Positions 20,794 through 30,243 of a stretch of 64,000 nucleotides of DNA are shown piece after piece. The position numbers and the translations under genes are program-made. The stretch comes from Macrostomum lignano. Taxonomy: Eukaryota. Under the pieces are notes generated by a model that saw only the letters and a program-made list of their open reading frames with translations, was not told the DNA's origin and made no database searches. Position 1 is the stretch's first letter, and each line of letters starts with the position of its first letter. Location of the stretch: positions 248,001-312,000 of the forward strand of contig NIVC01000217.1 of NCBI GenBank assembly GCA_002269645.1. The letters are read 5' to 3'.

Positions 20794-21572
20794 GATCGTT
20801 CAACAGTCTGCGTGTCCATGTCAGTGCACTGTCCAGCTGGTTCAAAGCCTGTGGTGCTGAGGACCTAACAAAACACCACCTGGTCTCACTGCTCGTTCGC
20901 GGCGCTAAACGGAGGATGGGCCAGCGACCAAGACGGAAGCTGCCGATCTCGCCTGCGATGCTGCTGTCTGTGAAAAACCGGCTTAACTCGAGCAGTTCGC
21001 TTGACAGAGTCTGCTGGCTTGTGACGCTTATTGCTTGGTGGGGGATGTTTCGGCGCTCCAGTCTCCTGCCCAGTCAGCAGTCCGCTTCACCGATTTCCGT
21101 CTCAGCCTTTCAACGCCACCCGAAGGGGGTTGTGCTCTCTGTCAGTTATGGCAAGACGAATCAGTTCGGCGCGAAGCTGCACCGGGTGTTGCTTCCAAGG
21201 CTAAAAGAAGGACATCCGCTTTGCCCAGTGGCTGCGCTAGAGGGTCACCTCCGTGTCAGCAAGCTTGGCTGCAGGCAGCCTGTGTTCTCCTACCAGTTGG
21301 CGAGCGGATCCTCTGTTGTCCTGTCTGCCTCAAGATTCGACAGGTTCCTCAAGCGCTGCCTAGCAACTGCTGAGCAGGACGCTCGTTCTTTCTCAGCGCA
21401 CAGCCTGCGCAGAGGTGGTGCCACCTGGGCCTACCGTCTCGGACTATCTGTTCAGGAGGTGAAGTGCATCGGTGACTGGCGAAGTGATGCTGTGACTGCC
21501 TACCTTCCATCTGCTGATTCTGTGCGGGCTGGTTCGCGTTTTGCTGGTGCTTTTAACGAGAGTTGCCTTTGA
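20529..21572 (+). CDS. Tyrosine recombinase of the Ngaro element (true start uncertain)
   Basis: Catalytic pattern FRRS (R), K, HSLRRGGAT (HxxR), GDWRSDAVTAY (W, Y); overlaps the RT ORF as in DIRS/Ngaro. Confidence 0.92.
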   Translation: MPCGVFGSRVFCFCLPFFIFTGRLPATPTLGAAASSLLAAAYAPQSRRAISSAVRSWHSFCNENGTNPARSDRSVLLNYLAHLVECRLRSFNSLRVHVSALSSWFKACGAEDLTKHHLVSLLVRGAKRRMGQRPRRKLPISPAMLLSVKNRLNSSSSLDRVCWLVTLIAWWGMFRRSSLLPSQQSASPISVSAFQRHPKGVVLSVSYGKTNQFGAKLHRVLLPRLKEGHPLCPVAALEGHLRVSKLGCRQPVFSYQLASGSSVVLSASRFDRFLKRCLATAEQDARSFSAHSLRRGGATWAYRLGLSVQEVKCIGDWRSDAVTAYLPSADSVRAGSRFAGAFNESCL

Positions 21573-22072
21573 GTAACTTTTGCTTGTGTTCAAAGTTTTA
21601 TTTCCGTTCTTATCCCCAGCCTTATTTCCGCCGTTTCGTAAATTCTCTCCTTCGTTCATTCATTTGTTTGTTTGGCCTTGGGGTTGCATCCTCTGGCTTT
21701 TCGCTGCCTCGCCATCGCCACACTCGGTTTGTCTTGTCTTTGCCTCCCCTTCACTAATGCATCGGTTTGCGCGAGCCCGCGAGGGCTAACCGCTGTTAGT
21801 GCAAGGGGGGGCTGTTTGGGTGCTGGCTGTCTGGTGGGGTGGTGGGTGCGTTGGTGCGTGCGCGTGCCTATTTAGGCCGCCACCTTTGTGGCTGCGCGGG
21901 GTTGCTCGCGGTTGAATTTTTTTTTCCTCGCTAATTATAATTTTTAATCAGTTTAATTCGTTTTAACAAGTCATGAAATAAATACGATCGTCTGAGGGTT
22001 GCATCCTCTGGCTTTTCGCTGCCTCGCCATCGCCACACTCGGTTTGTCTTGTCTTTGCCTCCCCTTCACTAA

Positions 22073-24569
22073 CATACCTGTTAACACAAATTGAGATTCC
22101 CCCTCGCTTTGACGATTCGACAAAATTGTACATGTCAATGTCTGTAAGAAGTTCAATGTACCAATCTGGATCTTGATCCCATTTCATTTTAAGCAAAGAT
22201 TCCCAGCTAGTGGCGGGCAGAGACACATAATGTGCTGGATCGAGGCCATATGCTGTGTACCAGGTGCATCTGAAGGTTTCAAACACATCGGCCAGCAGAA
22301 ACACATCTGTGTAGAGGTAAAGCAGGTGATACTGGAAGAAGTTTTGACAATTAAAGTAACTATAGACATGCTTCGCGTGCTCATAGTCTTTGTCAGAGAT
22401 TCCAGAGTCTGTTAGCTTTGAAAAGAACTTCTCCTGTGGTGGTAAACCTTCTTCAAATACGTGATACCCAGTAATATTTTCATAGGGGTAGAAGCCTTTG
22501 GTTCTCAGGAGTTTAAATGATTCATCAGTGTTGTTAATTTTACTTGCAAACATCTTTGTATATGTACATTGTTCATCTTTTAGATTCTTGCTTAGTTCGT
22601 CTAGACTGGCAGCTAGAAATTGATATGAATCCTTCAGTCTTATTTTACCTGTACCCGAATTATCCTGTTTAATATCAACACACTTAAACTTCTCCTTGTT
22701 CTCTGCGATGCAATCAAGGTGTATGTCTGGAATCATGCCGATTTTTTCAACTATTAAATGCATGTCATAGTTCTTTGCGTTGTGACAAAATATCGTTAGA
22801 TCATGAATGTTCGATTTTAGCTTTAGATTACAGGTGTTATGCGCTGCACCTCTAAATTTCCCAGTAAAGTGGCAGTGGTCCCTAACGGTGGGGTTTTTAA
22901 TATTAGTGCAAGTTAAATGTTTCCTGCAGATGTGGCAATGAGTTGCTGATAGGAAATTGCTTTCATCCTCCTCAGTCATCATTATTGGAACAGGTTGAAG
23001 GGTGCTAATCAATTTTTGCAACTCTAACATTCTGGCAATAAACTGCTCCACACACTGCTCTCCAAAGAAATAATTATACTCAACAAGTCCTTTTGTATTA
23101 ATAAAGGCATATGCTACTGAATTGGGGACATGTTTTTGAGTTTGAGTTTGTTTTTGTGTTTCCGGCATGATTGAGCATTCGAAATCAGCATATACAACAA
23201 ATGGGAGCTTCTCCATCTTGTGATAGTTCTTAAAACGGAGATACTTCTCTTCAGCTGAAGGAAGAGAGCAGTTTGTCGGGTGATCCTCGCATGATAATTC
23301 ATGCTCTGTTAGCTTTTCAAAGCGTTCAGGTCCACTGTAATGCTTAAGGCACAAGCGGCAGATGGCAACAGCCTCGTGATGATTATTCAACTGCTTGTGA
23401 ATGAGTCTTGAAAGATCTTTAATCCAAACATAGTGAGCCTCCTCTAGTAAATTACCAATCACTAGAAGATCCACTTCAGTCCGCCTTTTCCCCTCAGGAT
23501 CTAAAACGTCTTTGCTACATCTGACCGGTTGAACTTTCTCAGTTTTTTCACTCCATTCAAAGACTGTGATTCTAATTTTGTTATTAAACACTTCTTCTAG
23601 CTTTGGGATCTGAGAGATCGCCAAGCCTCCTTTGTCAAACCTGATTCCCTTCTTTTCGCATTCGATGAGATAGTAGTTGAAATAATTTTGATAATTTGAG
23701 GTTCTTTCGGGGTGGTGAGGTACACTAAAAAGTGCAGAAAGAACTGCCCATAGAGCACAGCAATTGTCTTTATTTTTAACATTTATGCAAGCTTTTTTAC
23801 CGGCTAGCTTATGCGGGAGCTCTATATAAGAGGAGGCTTTAAGTGGGTCATATTTCATGACCCTGACAGTCGCTCTTTGAATCCCTCCCACGACCCATCC
23901 GGAACCTCTGGATGTAAACGCTTCAATTTTCTTATTGACATCTTGAAGGAAAGGATCCAGTGTGTCTGTTGGGGTGAATGGCTTTGCCTTTGTTGTCATG
24001 TAATACTCGAGATGCTCTGTGGGTTTTGCAGGCATATAAAACGCAATCTTGAATGATATCTGTAGTTTAAAAGTCTTGCGTGTTTTGAGTGTGTGATCAA
24101 CAACTGATTGGATGCTGTCTTTATAGTCGTAGATGTTTGCGGTGGTACCGTTGGTGCCGTTTATTGGGATTGTGTACTCTATGTAATGTTCTGTAAACTT
24201 CGTCTGTGCAAAATTAATCTCTTCAGTGGCAAGCTCCGACTCTTTTAAATGGATTAATTGCTCTAATTTCTCTTGTTCCTGCTTATTTTGTGGGTACTTT
24301 GCTTTTTCACCAGTGAGAGTTTCATATTTGTTAACTAAGTTGCGACTCCTCTCTTGGTGTTCCTTTGCAGAATTTTTTATAGGCGCATACTGGTTTGATT
24401 CTAATTGATTGATGATTTCCAACTGTTTTTCATAGCTTCCCAGGTGACCAGGGTCGGTGTTGAACTTTTGTTTGCATGCTTCTCTTAGTGAATTACTTTT
24501 GTCTTGAAATGAGACGCCTTTTGAAAAATATTTGTTGACTAAATCTCTTGCTGGATTGGCTTTTGGCAT
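22073..24569 (-). CDS. polB: Protein-primed DNA polymerase B, 5' part (terminal-protein region, Zn/endoVII-like motif, exonuclease)
   Basis: ExoI YADFE, CHIC...VRDHCH...AHNTCN, ExoII HNAKNYD, ExoIII YLYTDV, RGGIS..NRY; rejoined ORF is 1281 aa. Confidence 0.93.
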
Positions 24570-24692
24570 TTTTCTCGAAAATATAAAAAAAAATTTGAGG
24601 GTGACCACCCTGATAGAAAAGTTTAACTGTTTCTACATCCTATCAGTAGCTTTAGGTTTATGAAGCTGGATAAAGTGAGGTTTTAAACCTCA

Positions 24693-25139
24693 TCACATCC
24701 GCATTATTGTAAACCCAGCATTGTGCAGTGTCATGATGGCTTTGACAATGTCAGACTTGCTTACAGAATTTTCATTCTCACAATCATCACGATCGGGGCA
24801 GCCCTCTCCTGCCTTAATTGTTATACCTTTGTCTCTTGCAATCTTTTGCAATTCCAGCTGGTGGGCTCTATCATTCCCAGCTTTAACAGCAGTTGCTACA
24901 CCTCCAGCTACACCACCTGCGGCACTTACAGCGCCTGCAATGATCGGAATAAGAGCTGCTAATGGTAGGATTCCTCCTGACTTTTCATCTGTGATGCTGT
25001 GTCTTTGCTCATTACACTGAAGTATTTGCTGCACGGGATCGACTTTTACTTTGGCACCTTTAATTGATATAAGACCTGGTTTCTTTGATTCAATGATTTT
25101 ATTGAGTTTATTGATGGTTCTGGTTTCAATCTTTGTCAT
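24693..25139 (-). CDS. Adenovirus pX-like protein
   Basis: GGILPLAALIPIIAGAVSAAGGVA resembles the adenoviral pX C-terminal GGILPLLIPLIAAAIGA segment. Confidence 0.65.
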   Translation of the reverse strand: MTKIETRTINKLNKIIESKKPGLISIKGAKVKVDPVQQILQCNEQRHSITDEKSGGILPLAALIPIIAGAVSAAGGVAGGVATAVKAGNDRAHQLELQKIARDKGITIKAGEGCPDRDDCENENSVSKSDIVKAIMTLHNAGFTIMRM

Positions 25140-25156
25140 TTTTTTATTTTAATATT

Positions 25157-26194
25157 TTAATTAATTTCCGTGTCAGCTGGTATCACTAAGAGTTCAGCTC
25201 TAGTGAATGACCGTGTGGGGGATTTAGGGTTAAAGGCTTGAGATAAAAAGTAATAGTCACCGGAGTCGGAGGTAAAATGTCTGTCTATTTTATGTACATC
25301 AAGGCTGAAGTATGGATCTGTAGCTCTTCTTTTGGTGTCTTTCTCTAGCTCTCCAGGTAGATATAAAAAGCGTAGAAACTCAGAGTTTGTCAGTATGTAT
25401 GGTGATTCAACTCCTGGAAGCTTAGGGTAGTTCGAGGTGTGTTTTGTGTTGTGTGTGTTGTGTGGGGTTGTCGTGTTGTTGTCTGTTCTATGAGATGCCT
25501 TAAGTTCGACAGTGTCTTGTTTAATTGCATGGGATGGTTTCAATCCAGTCATGCGTGTGACTTCATTGTTCAGTTGCTCTATAACAGTGGGGAGTCTTTC
25601 TGTCCACTTGGTATAGTACTGACCACTTTTTAGTTTCAGCTCTTCAGCTGTCTGCTTAGTGAATAGTCTCTTGGCTAGAGTTAGATTGAATCTTTCCACA
25701 AAAGCCTGGTCTCTGTGCAAGTTTGTTCTGCCATAGCGAATCTCTGTGTTTTTCTTTTCCATAAGGGATTTCACTACACCCATGAATTCTTTACCCGGGT
25801 CCGTCATAAAGATTTCAGGGTAACTAAGGGGTGAGTTTTTATAAATATCTTGGAGGGCGGCTGCAACTGCTTCTGACTTCTTCGTCTTAAGCGGTCTCGC
25901 TTCCTTATATCTGGAGGCAACGTCTGTAATTGTAAGAGCATACTTGTAGCCTGAGTCGTTGGGGAGAAACAAAAGATCTGCTTGGTGCGCCTCGTTAGGT
26001 TTATAGATGTTAAAGTGAGGTCTTGTAAATTTTACTGGTGGGAAATAGACTTGAAAGAGAGCCTGCTTAGAGAGCCATTTTTCTACTGTAGCTTTTGGTT
26101 CCTTACTCAGCTCCATGAGTTTACTAACGGCATTTTTGCCTACAAAGAATCCTTTGTCGCTGTAGTAGAGTTTTTTAAGTTTCTGATCTGTCAT
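25157..26194 (-). CDS. int: Retroviral-type (rve) integrase
   Basis: HQADL (D), TDVASRY, TDPGKEF (D), VERFNLT (E). Confidence 0.93.
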   Translation of the reverse strand: MTDQKLKKLYYSDKGFFVGKNAVSKLMELSKEPKATVEKWLSKQALFQVYFPPVKFTRPHFNIYKPNEAHQADLLFLPNDSGYKYALTITDVASRYKEARPLKTKKSEAVAAALQDIYKNSPLSYPEIFMTDPGKEFMGVVKSLMEKKNTEIRYGRTNLHRDQAFVERFNLTLAKRLFTKQTAEELKLKSGQYYTKWTERLPTVIEQLNNEVTRMTGLKPSHAIKQDTVELKASHRTDNNTTTPHNTHNTKHTSNYPKLPGVESPYILTNSEFLRFLYLPGELEKDTKRRATDPYFSLDVHKIDRHFTSDSGDYYFLSQAFNPKSPTRSFTRAELLVIPADTEIN

Positions 26195-26224
26195 TTATTT
26201 AAAAAGAAAATTTTAAATAAAATA

Positions 26225-26599
26225 ATGCAGCGCTCTGGTGGTAAAATAGATTCACATGGACTGATAGAAAAGCTCCCTCATCCAAACAAAGGCTGGACAC
26301 TTCCCGGCTATAAATATTGCGGGCCTTTGAATCCACTTGAAATACAGTTAGATAAAAACAATAATCCACATCCTGGGCATGAGCCTGTGAACGAGCTAGA
26401 CTCTGTCTGCATGTGGCATGACGTTAAATATAGAGATTTTCCTGAGGAGAAGAATCGTTGGGACAAAGAAATGCTTAAGAGACTAGACAATATAGGGGCT
26501 TCAAGCGGATTTCGTGAGTCGATCGCTTGGAAGCTAGTTAAAGCTGTTATTTTTAGTAAGACAAGTGCACGGGGAGAGAGGGCGGAGGCTTGGGAGTAG
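26225..26599 (+). CDS. Parvovirus VP1u-type phospholipase A2 domain protein
   Basis: Ca-loop LPGYKYCGP and catalytic NELD..C..HD..Y. Confidence 0.85.
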   Translation: MQRSGGKIDSHGLIEKLPHPNKGWTLPGYKYCGPLNPLEIQLDKNNNPHPGHEPVNELDSVCMWHDVKYRDFPEEKNRWDKEMLKRLDNIGASSGFRESIAWKLVKAVIFSKTSARGERAEAWE

Positions 26600-27503
26600 G
26601 GTTTATTTTGTGCGCTCCTAACAAGAAATTGGGAAGACTGCTGAAAGAGCTGGGGGTAGAAAGGGGCGCTTGAATCGGGAAGGGCATGAGCAAGTGTGGA
26701 TTTGAGTAAGTACAGTTTTTTATTCCCTAAAGAGTTGCGCACAAGAGAGATTCTCATTCTCCAGAGAGCTAAGAGCAGAAAATAAAAAGTCAACCGCTTC
26801 GCCGCCATTAGCATGCATGGACTGTGTATGTTGAGATTCCCTCCTTGATTGATATTGATTATTGGCCAAATTGCGAGGCCAGTTGGCCCGCCGAGTTGGC
26901 CTCGGCCCGCCGATTTGGCCTCGGAATGTGGCCCGCCTAGTTGGTCTCTACGGTATGAAGATATGGGGCGGGGTAGAGAGAGGCGCTTGAGTCGGGAAGG
27001 GTTAACTATTATTCTCAGCCCTAACCAAGCGCAACAGCTGCATTTTGAAAAGTAGAAGCAGAAGGGGGGGGGGTGGGGTAACTGCTATTTGCTGAGGGAG
27101 CGCGGCCCTCTAATCGATTTTGCGAATGTACAAGTTCCACGCGTGCTTTCCTTTCCGCTTTGACAAACCCAATCAACCAAGGAAATGTATGGGGACTTCA
27201 AGCGGGTGGAGGGAATCGATCGCTCACCCTCACATTCACACGCCTCATGTTCTATCGTTCACTGAGCTATATCGATTATTTTTTCCCTGCTTGACTCCAA
27301 GATTGTACAGTCTAAGAATTTTCTGGAATTTTCTAGCTGTATAGCTGTATTTAAGCAAATGCAGAAACACTCGGGTTGATTCTCCCCGCATATGCCATCA
27401 ACTGCGACTGAGAAACGACGACTGCAGGAACTTAAGCACGCTGAAAGTGATCTAAGAAATTGTCCGCCAAACTAGAAGATTAGAAGACAAGAAGATTTAG
27501 AAA

Positions 27504-28169
27504 ATGGAAGTCGAGTGGAATCTTCATTTGACAGATAAGCAAGGCCTTTGTGCCATGCTACAAAGAGTTTTACAGGATATTCCGTCACATCTACAAGCAA
27601 GAAGAAGAGAGGAACTAACCACCTTTTTCGGTCTAGAAACTGGCGACCTACCAATCGAGTTTTTCGCCATGGCCCCTGATGATATCGCCGCAGCGAATGA
27701 AGCGCAAAATGTGAGTAGCGAAGAGAAGAAGGCGGCGGCTCTGCAGAAGAAGATGGCGGATCTGCAGATATTCAGGGAGAAGTTGTACGCATCCCGCGTA
27801 ACACTAGCTGATCAGCTGATGGACGCTGTTGATCACCAGCTTCCATCTGGCGAGCAGAACATCATCACTAGGGTGAAGGCGGCTCTAGCAAAATACAAGA
27901 AGACTCAAATTGGAGGTCTACATTGGATTCTCGAAGTTGGGCGGCTGCTAAAAACTTATCGCACCGAGAACTTTGGACAAGATGTTAAAGTGCGGTTCGC
28001 CCATTTGTGTAAAAATGTAAACATCCAGGAATCAACTGGCTATTTGTACATTCGTCTGTACAAACTGTCTGTTACCTACCCAGGCTTGAGACAGGTGTCA
28101 ATGCCAATTAGGGAACTAAAGTTTCTAGAAGAAATTTTGGCCAGTGATCCTGCGTGGAAAGTTGTGTAA
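27504..28169 (+). CDS. Viral ORF of unknown function; helical, possible DUF3102-like HTH C-terminus
   Basis: 221-aa open frame; EVGRLLK...F......NIQESTGYLYIRLY. Confidence 0.5.
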   Translation: MEVEWNLHLTDKQGLCAMLQRVLQDIPSHLQARRREELTTFFGLETGDLPIEFFAMAPDDIAAANEAQNVSSEEKKAAALQKKMADLQIFREKLYASRVTLADQLMDAVDHQLPSGEQNIITRVKAALAKYKKTQIGGLHWILEVGRLLKTYRTENFGQDVKVRFAHLCKNVNIQESTGYLYIRLYKLSVTYPGLRQVSMPIRELKFLEEILASDPAWKVV

Positions 28170-28196
28170 TTTTTAAATTCAGTTCATTTAGAATTT

Positions 28197-28640
28197 TTCT
28201 AACGCGTTAGAATTTCAAAGAGAAGATTCAACAACTGGAGACAGCCGATTGGTTAAGTAGAGGAGGGTAGCAATTTTCTCAGTACTGTGTGCAACTCAGT
28301 CGGTGGGTTTGAAATTCTAACGCTGTTAGAAATTTCTATGTGAAAAGTTTCCCGCAAGATAAGCTTGGGCACACCAAATTTTCACATAGAAAATTCTAAC
28401 GCGTTAGAGAATCTAGCTGCTGGCTCAAAGGAACGCTAGGCTGGCTCTGTATGGTTAAATAGAGGGGGGTAGAAATTTTCTAACGCCGTTAGAATTTTCT
28501 ATGTGAAAAGCTTCCCGCATGATAAGCTTGGGCACACCAAATTTTCACATAGAAAATTCTAACGGCGTTAGAGAATCTAGCTGCTGGCTCAAAGGAACGC
28601 TAGGCTGGCTCTGTATGTTGTTGAAGAATTCTAACGCAGA
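28197..28640. repeat. Array of TTCTAACG(C)GTTAGAA palindromes in a ~160-bp tandem duplication
   Basis: Palindromes at 28197, 28315, 28394, 28478 and 28557, plus a half-site near 28629. Confidence 0.85.
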
Positions 28641-28759
28641 TCCTACATAGTGTCTGTTTTTTCTACCATTTTTGATAATCTTGTAATAGTTAATACATAT
28701 CCTATCAGTTGTGCAACCGTTAATAAATATATATAATTCTTACTAATGAATAATAAAAT

Positions 28760-29230
28760 TATTTATTTTTTTTTCAATGGGTAAGGACCCTGGGTTAAGG
28801 GATTTAAAGTTTTAGGGATCTGGTTTCACGTTGCGGATTGAATGTGGGGAGAAGAATGCAGATTATTTTCTGATTGTTTCGAAGATGCTATGGGTGGATG
28901 TCAGTGGATTATGTCAGTGTCAGTGAGCATAACAGGTGTCCTACTGTTATGCTCTGATTCTGTCAGGGATAATGCTCTGATTCTGTCAGGGATAATATGG
29001 ATGGATTTAATAGGATTGTGGAGGATGTTTTGTGAGCGAGTGCGACCCCCCTTTTTTCTGATTCTGTCAGGGATAATATGGATGGATTTAGGTGGATTAT
29101 GGACGAAGTTTTTGGAGCAGGTGCGACCCCCCTTTTTTTCTGATTCTGTCAGGGATAATATGGATGGATTTATTGGGATTATGGAGGAGGTGAAAAATTT
29201 TGTCCCAGAAGCCCCCTCATGCCTTCTACT
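28760..29230 (-). repeat. Right terminal inverted repeat of the Polinton
   Basis: Reverse complement of 5406-5850, with some substitutions and a 22-bp duplication. Confidence 0.9.
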
Positions 29231-30243
29231 AAGAGCTTTTACAACTTGCGTAAAGACATTTTAATAATTTGTTTTAGCAAATCTATTTTTAAAAATATAT
29301 AGTTAGCTAACTGCTCGTTTGGTTGATGTATAGAAACTGCTGCTCAGGGGGGTTCAAATTGAGTGCTTAAGAATGTAAATGACTTATTGACAATGACTTT
29401 TCTATCAAGCAACTAGAGGAAAAGATCTGGGGGGAAAAGCTTTCAAGCAAACTGCATACATGTAAGTAAGCTGGCTCACAAGGAAAACTTTACTTTCCAG
29501 TTGCTTTGTTTCCTGACAAAAAATTCTGCATCGGATGACTACCTGAATGAAGACTTCCTTTCGTCTTTCCGTTGCGGACCTGCCGACACGACCAATTCCT
29601 ATTTCCTGACTTGCCAGCGCTGCTACGAGCTACTAATAGAGACACGTGCTTTGGGAAGCCAACGCTTTTCCTTTTTGCACAATAGTAAAGTTTCCTGCTT
29701 CGAACTCAATGAATCTATACTGATTCAAACTCATGTGACAACGTCTGTTTAGACACAAATTTTCAGGAGTTCAACGCCTGACTACCTTGTTTTAGCGTAG
29801 CTATAGCAAGGGGACTACTTAAAAACTGTTGGTAAGTAGTCCTTGGCGTTTAGTTCTCTCTGCGTCATTCTTTTCTTTGACAATTACTTTCAGCTATGGC
29901 CCTAGTTTTAACGCAACGCACCTTCAATTTCTCTGATATCTATCACAGTAGTTTACAGTAATTTCCATTATGTACGCGCTTGAATCTTGAAAAGTACGTA
30001 GTAGAATTAAAATTAAAACTTAAAATAAAAGAATGAAATTGTAACGCTCTTATCGATGCCTAACATATGAGCGCATGGTGGCTCATAATAGTCTCCATTC
30101 TCCATTTTATTTCATTTTAACTATTGATTTCAAAACAGAAGATCACTCAGTGTTTTTTTGATTAGTGAGCAACGAGCTCGATCTATTCAAGTTTTTTTGT
30201 CCAACCGTGTTAGCCATTGATTTGGTTTCATCGGTCTCAATCG

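Larger units (their letters stand above)
14386..22072 (+). mobile_element. Ngaro-type tyrosine-recombinase retrotransposon (split direct repeats A1...B1-A2-B2)
   Basis: A1 14386-~14551 = A2 21758-~21923; B1 21681-21757 = B2 21996-22072; gag, RT/RH and YR ORFs; no TSD. Confidence 0.93.
5406..29230. mobile_element. Polinton/Maverick (adintovirus-like) endogenous virus, about 16.1 kb after removing the nested insert
   Basis: Termini AGTAGAAGGC...GCCTTCTACT, ~445-bp TIRs, and a full hallmark gene set (MCP, penton, ATPase, adenain, pPolB, integrase). Confidence 0.95.

Noticed and set aside
21963-22072. ORF-track C-terminus of the 881-aa pPolB ORF
   Set aside because: Read-through into the Ngaro B2 repeat; the true continuation is at 14385.
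28842-29264. 140-aa ORF at the viral right end
   Set aside because: Lies within the TIR subrepeats and runs out into host flank.
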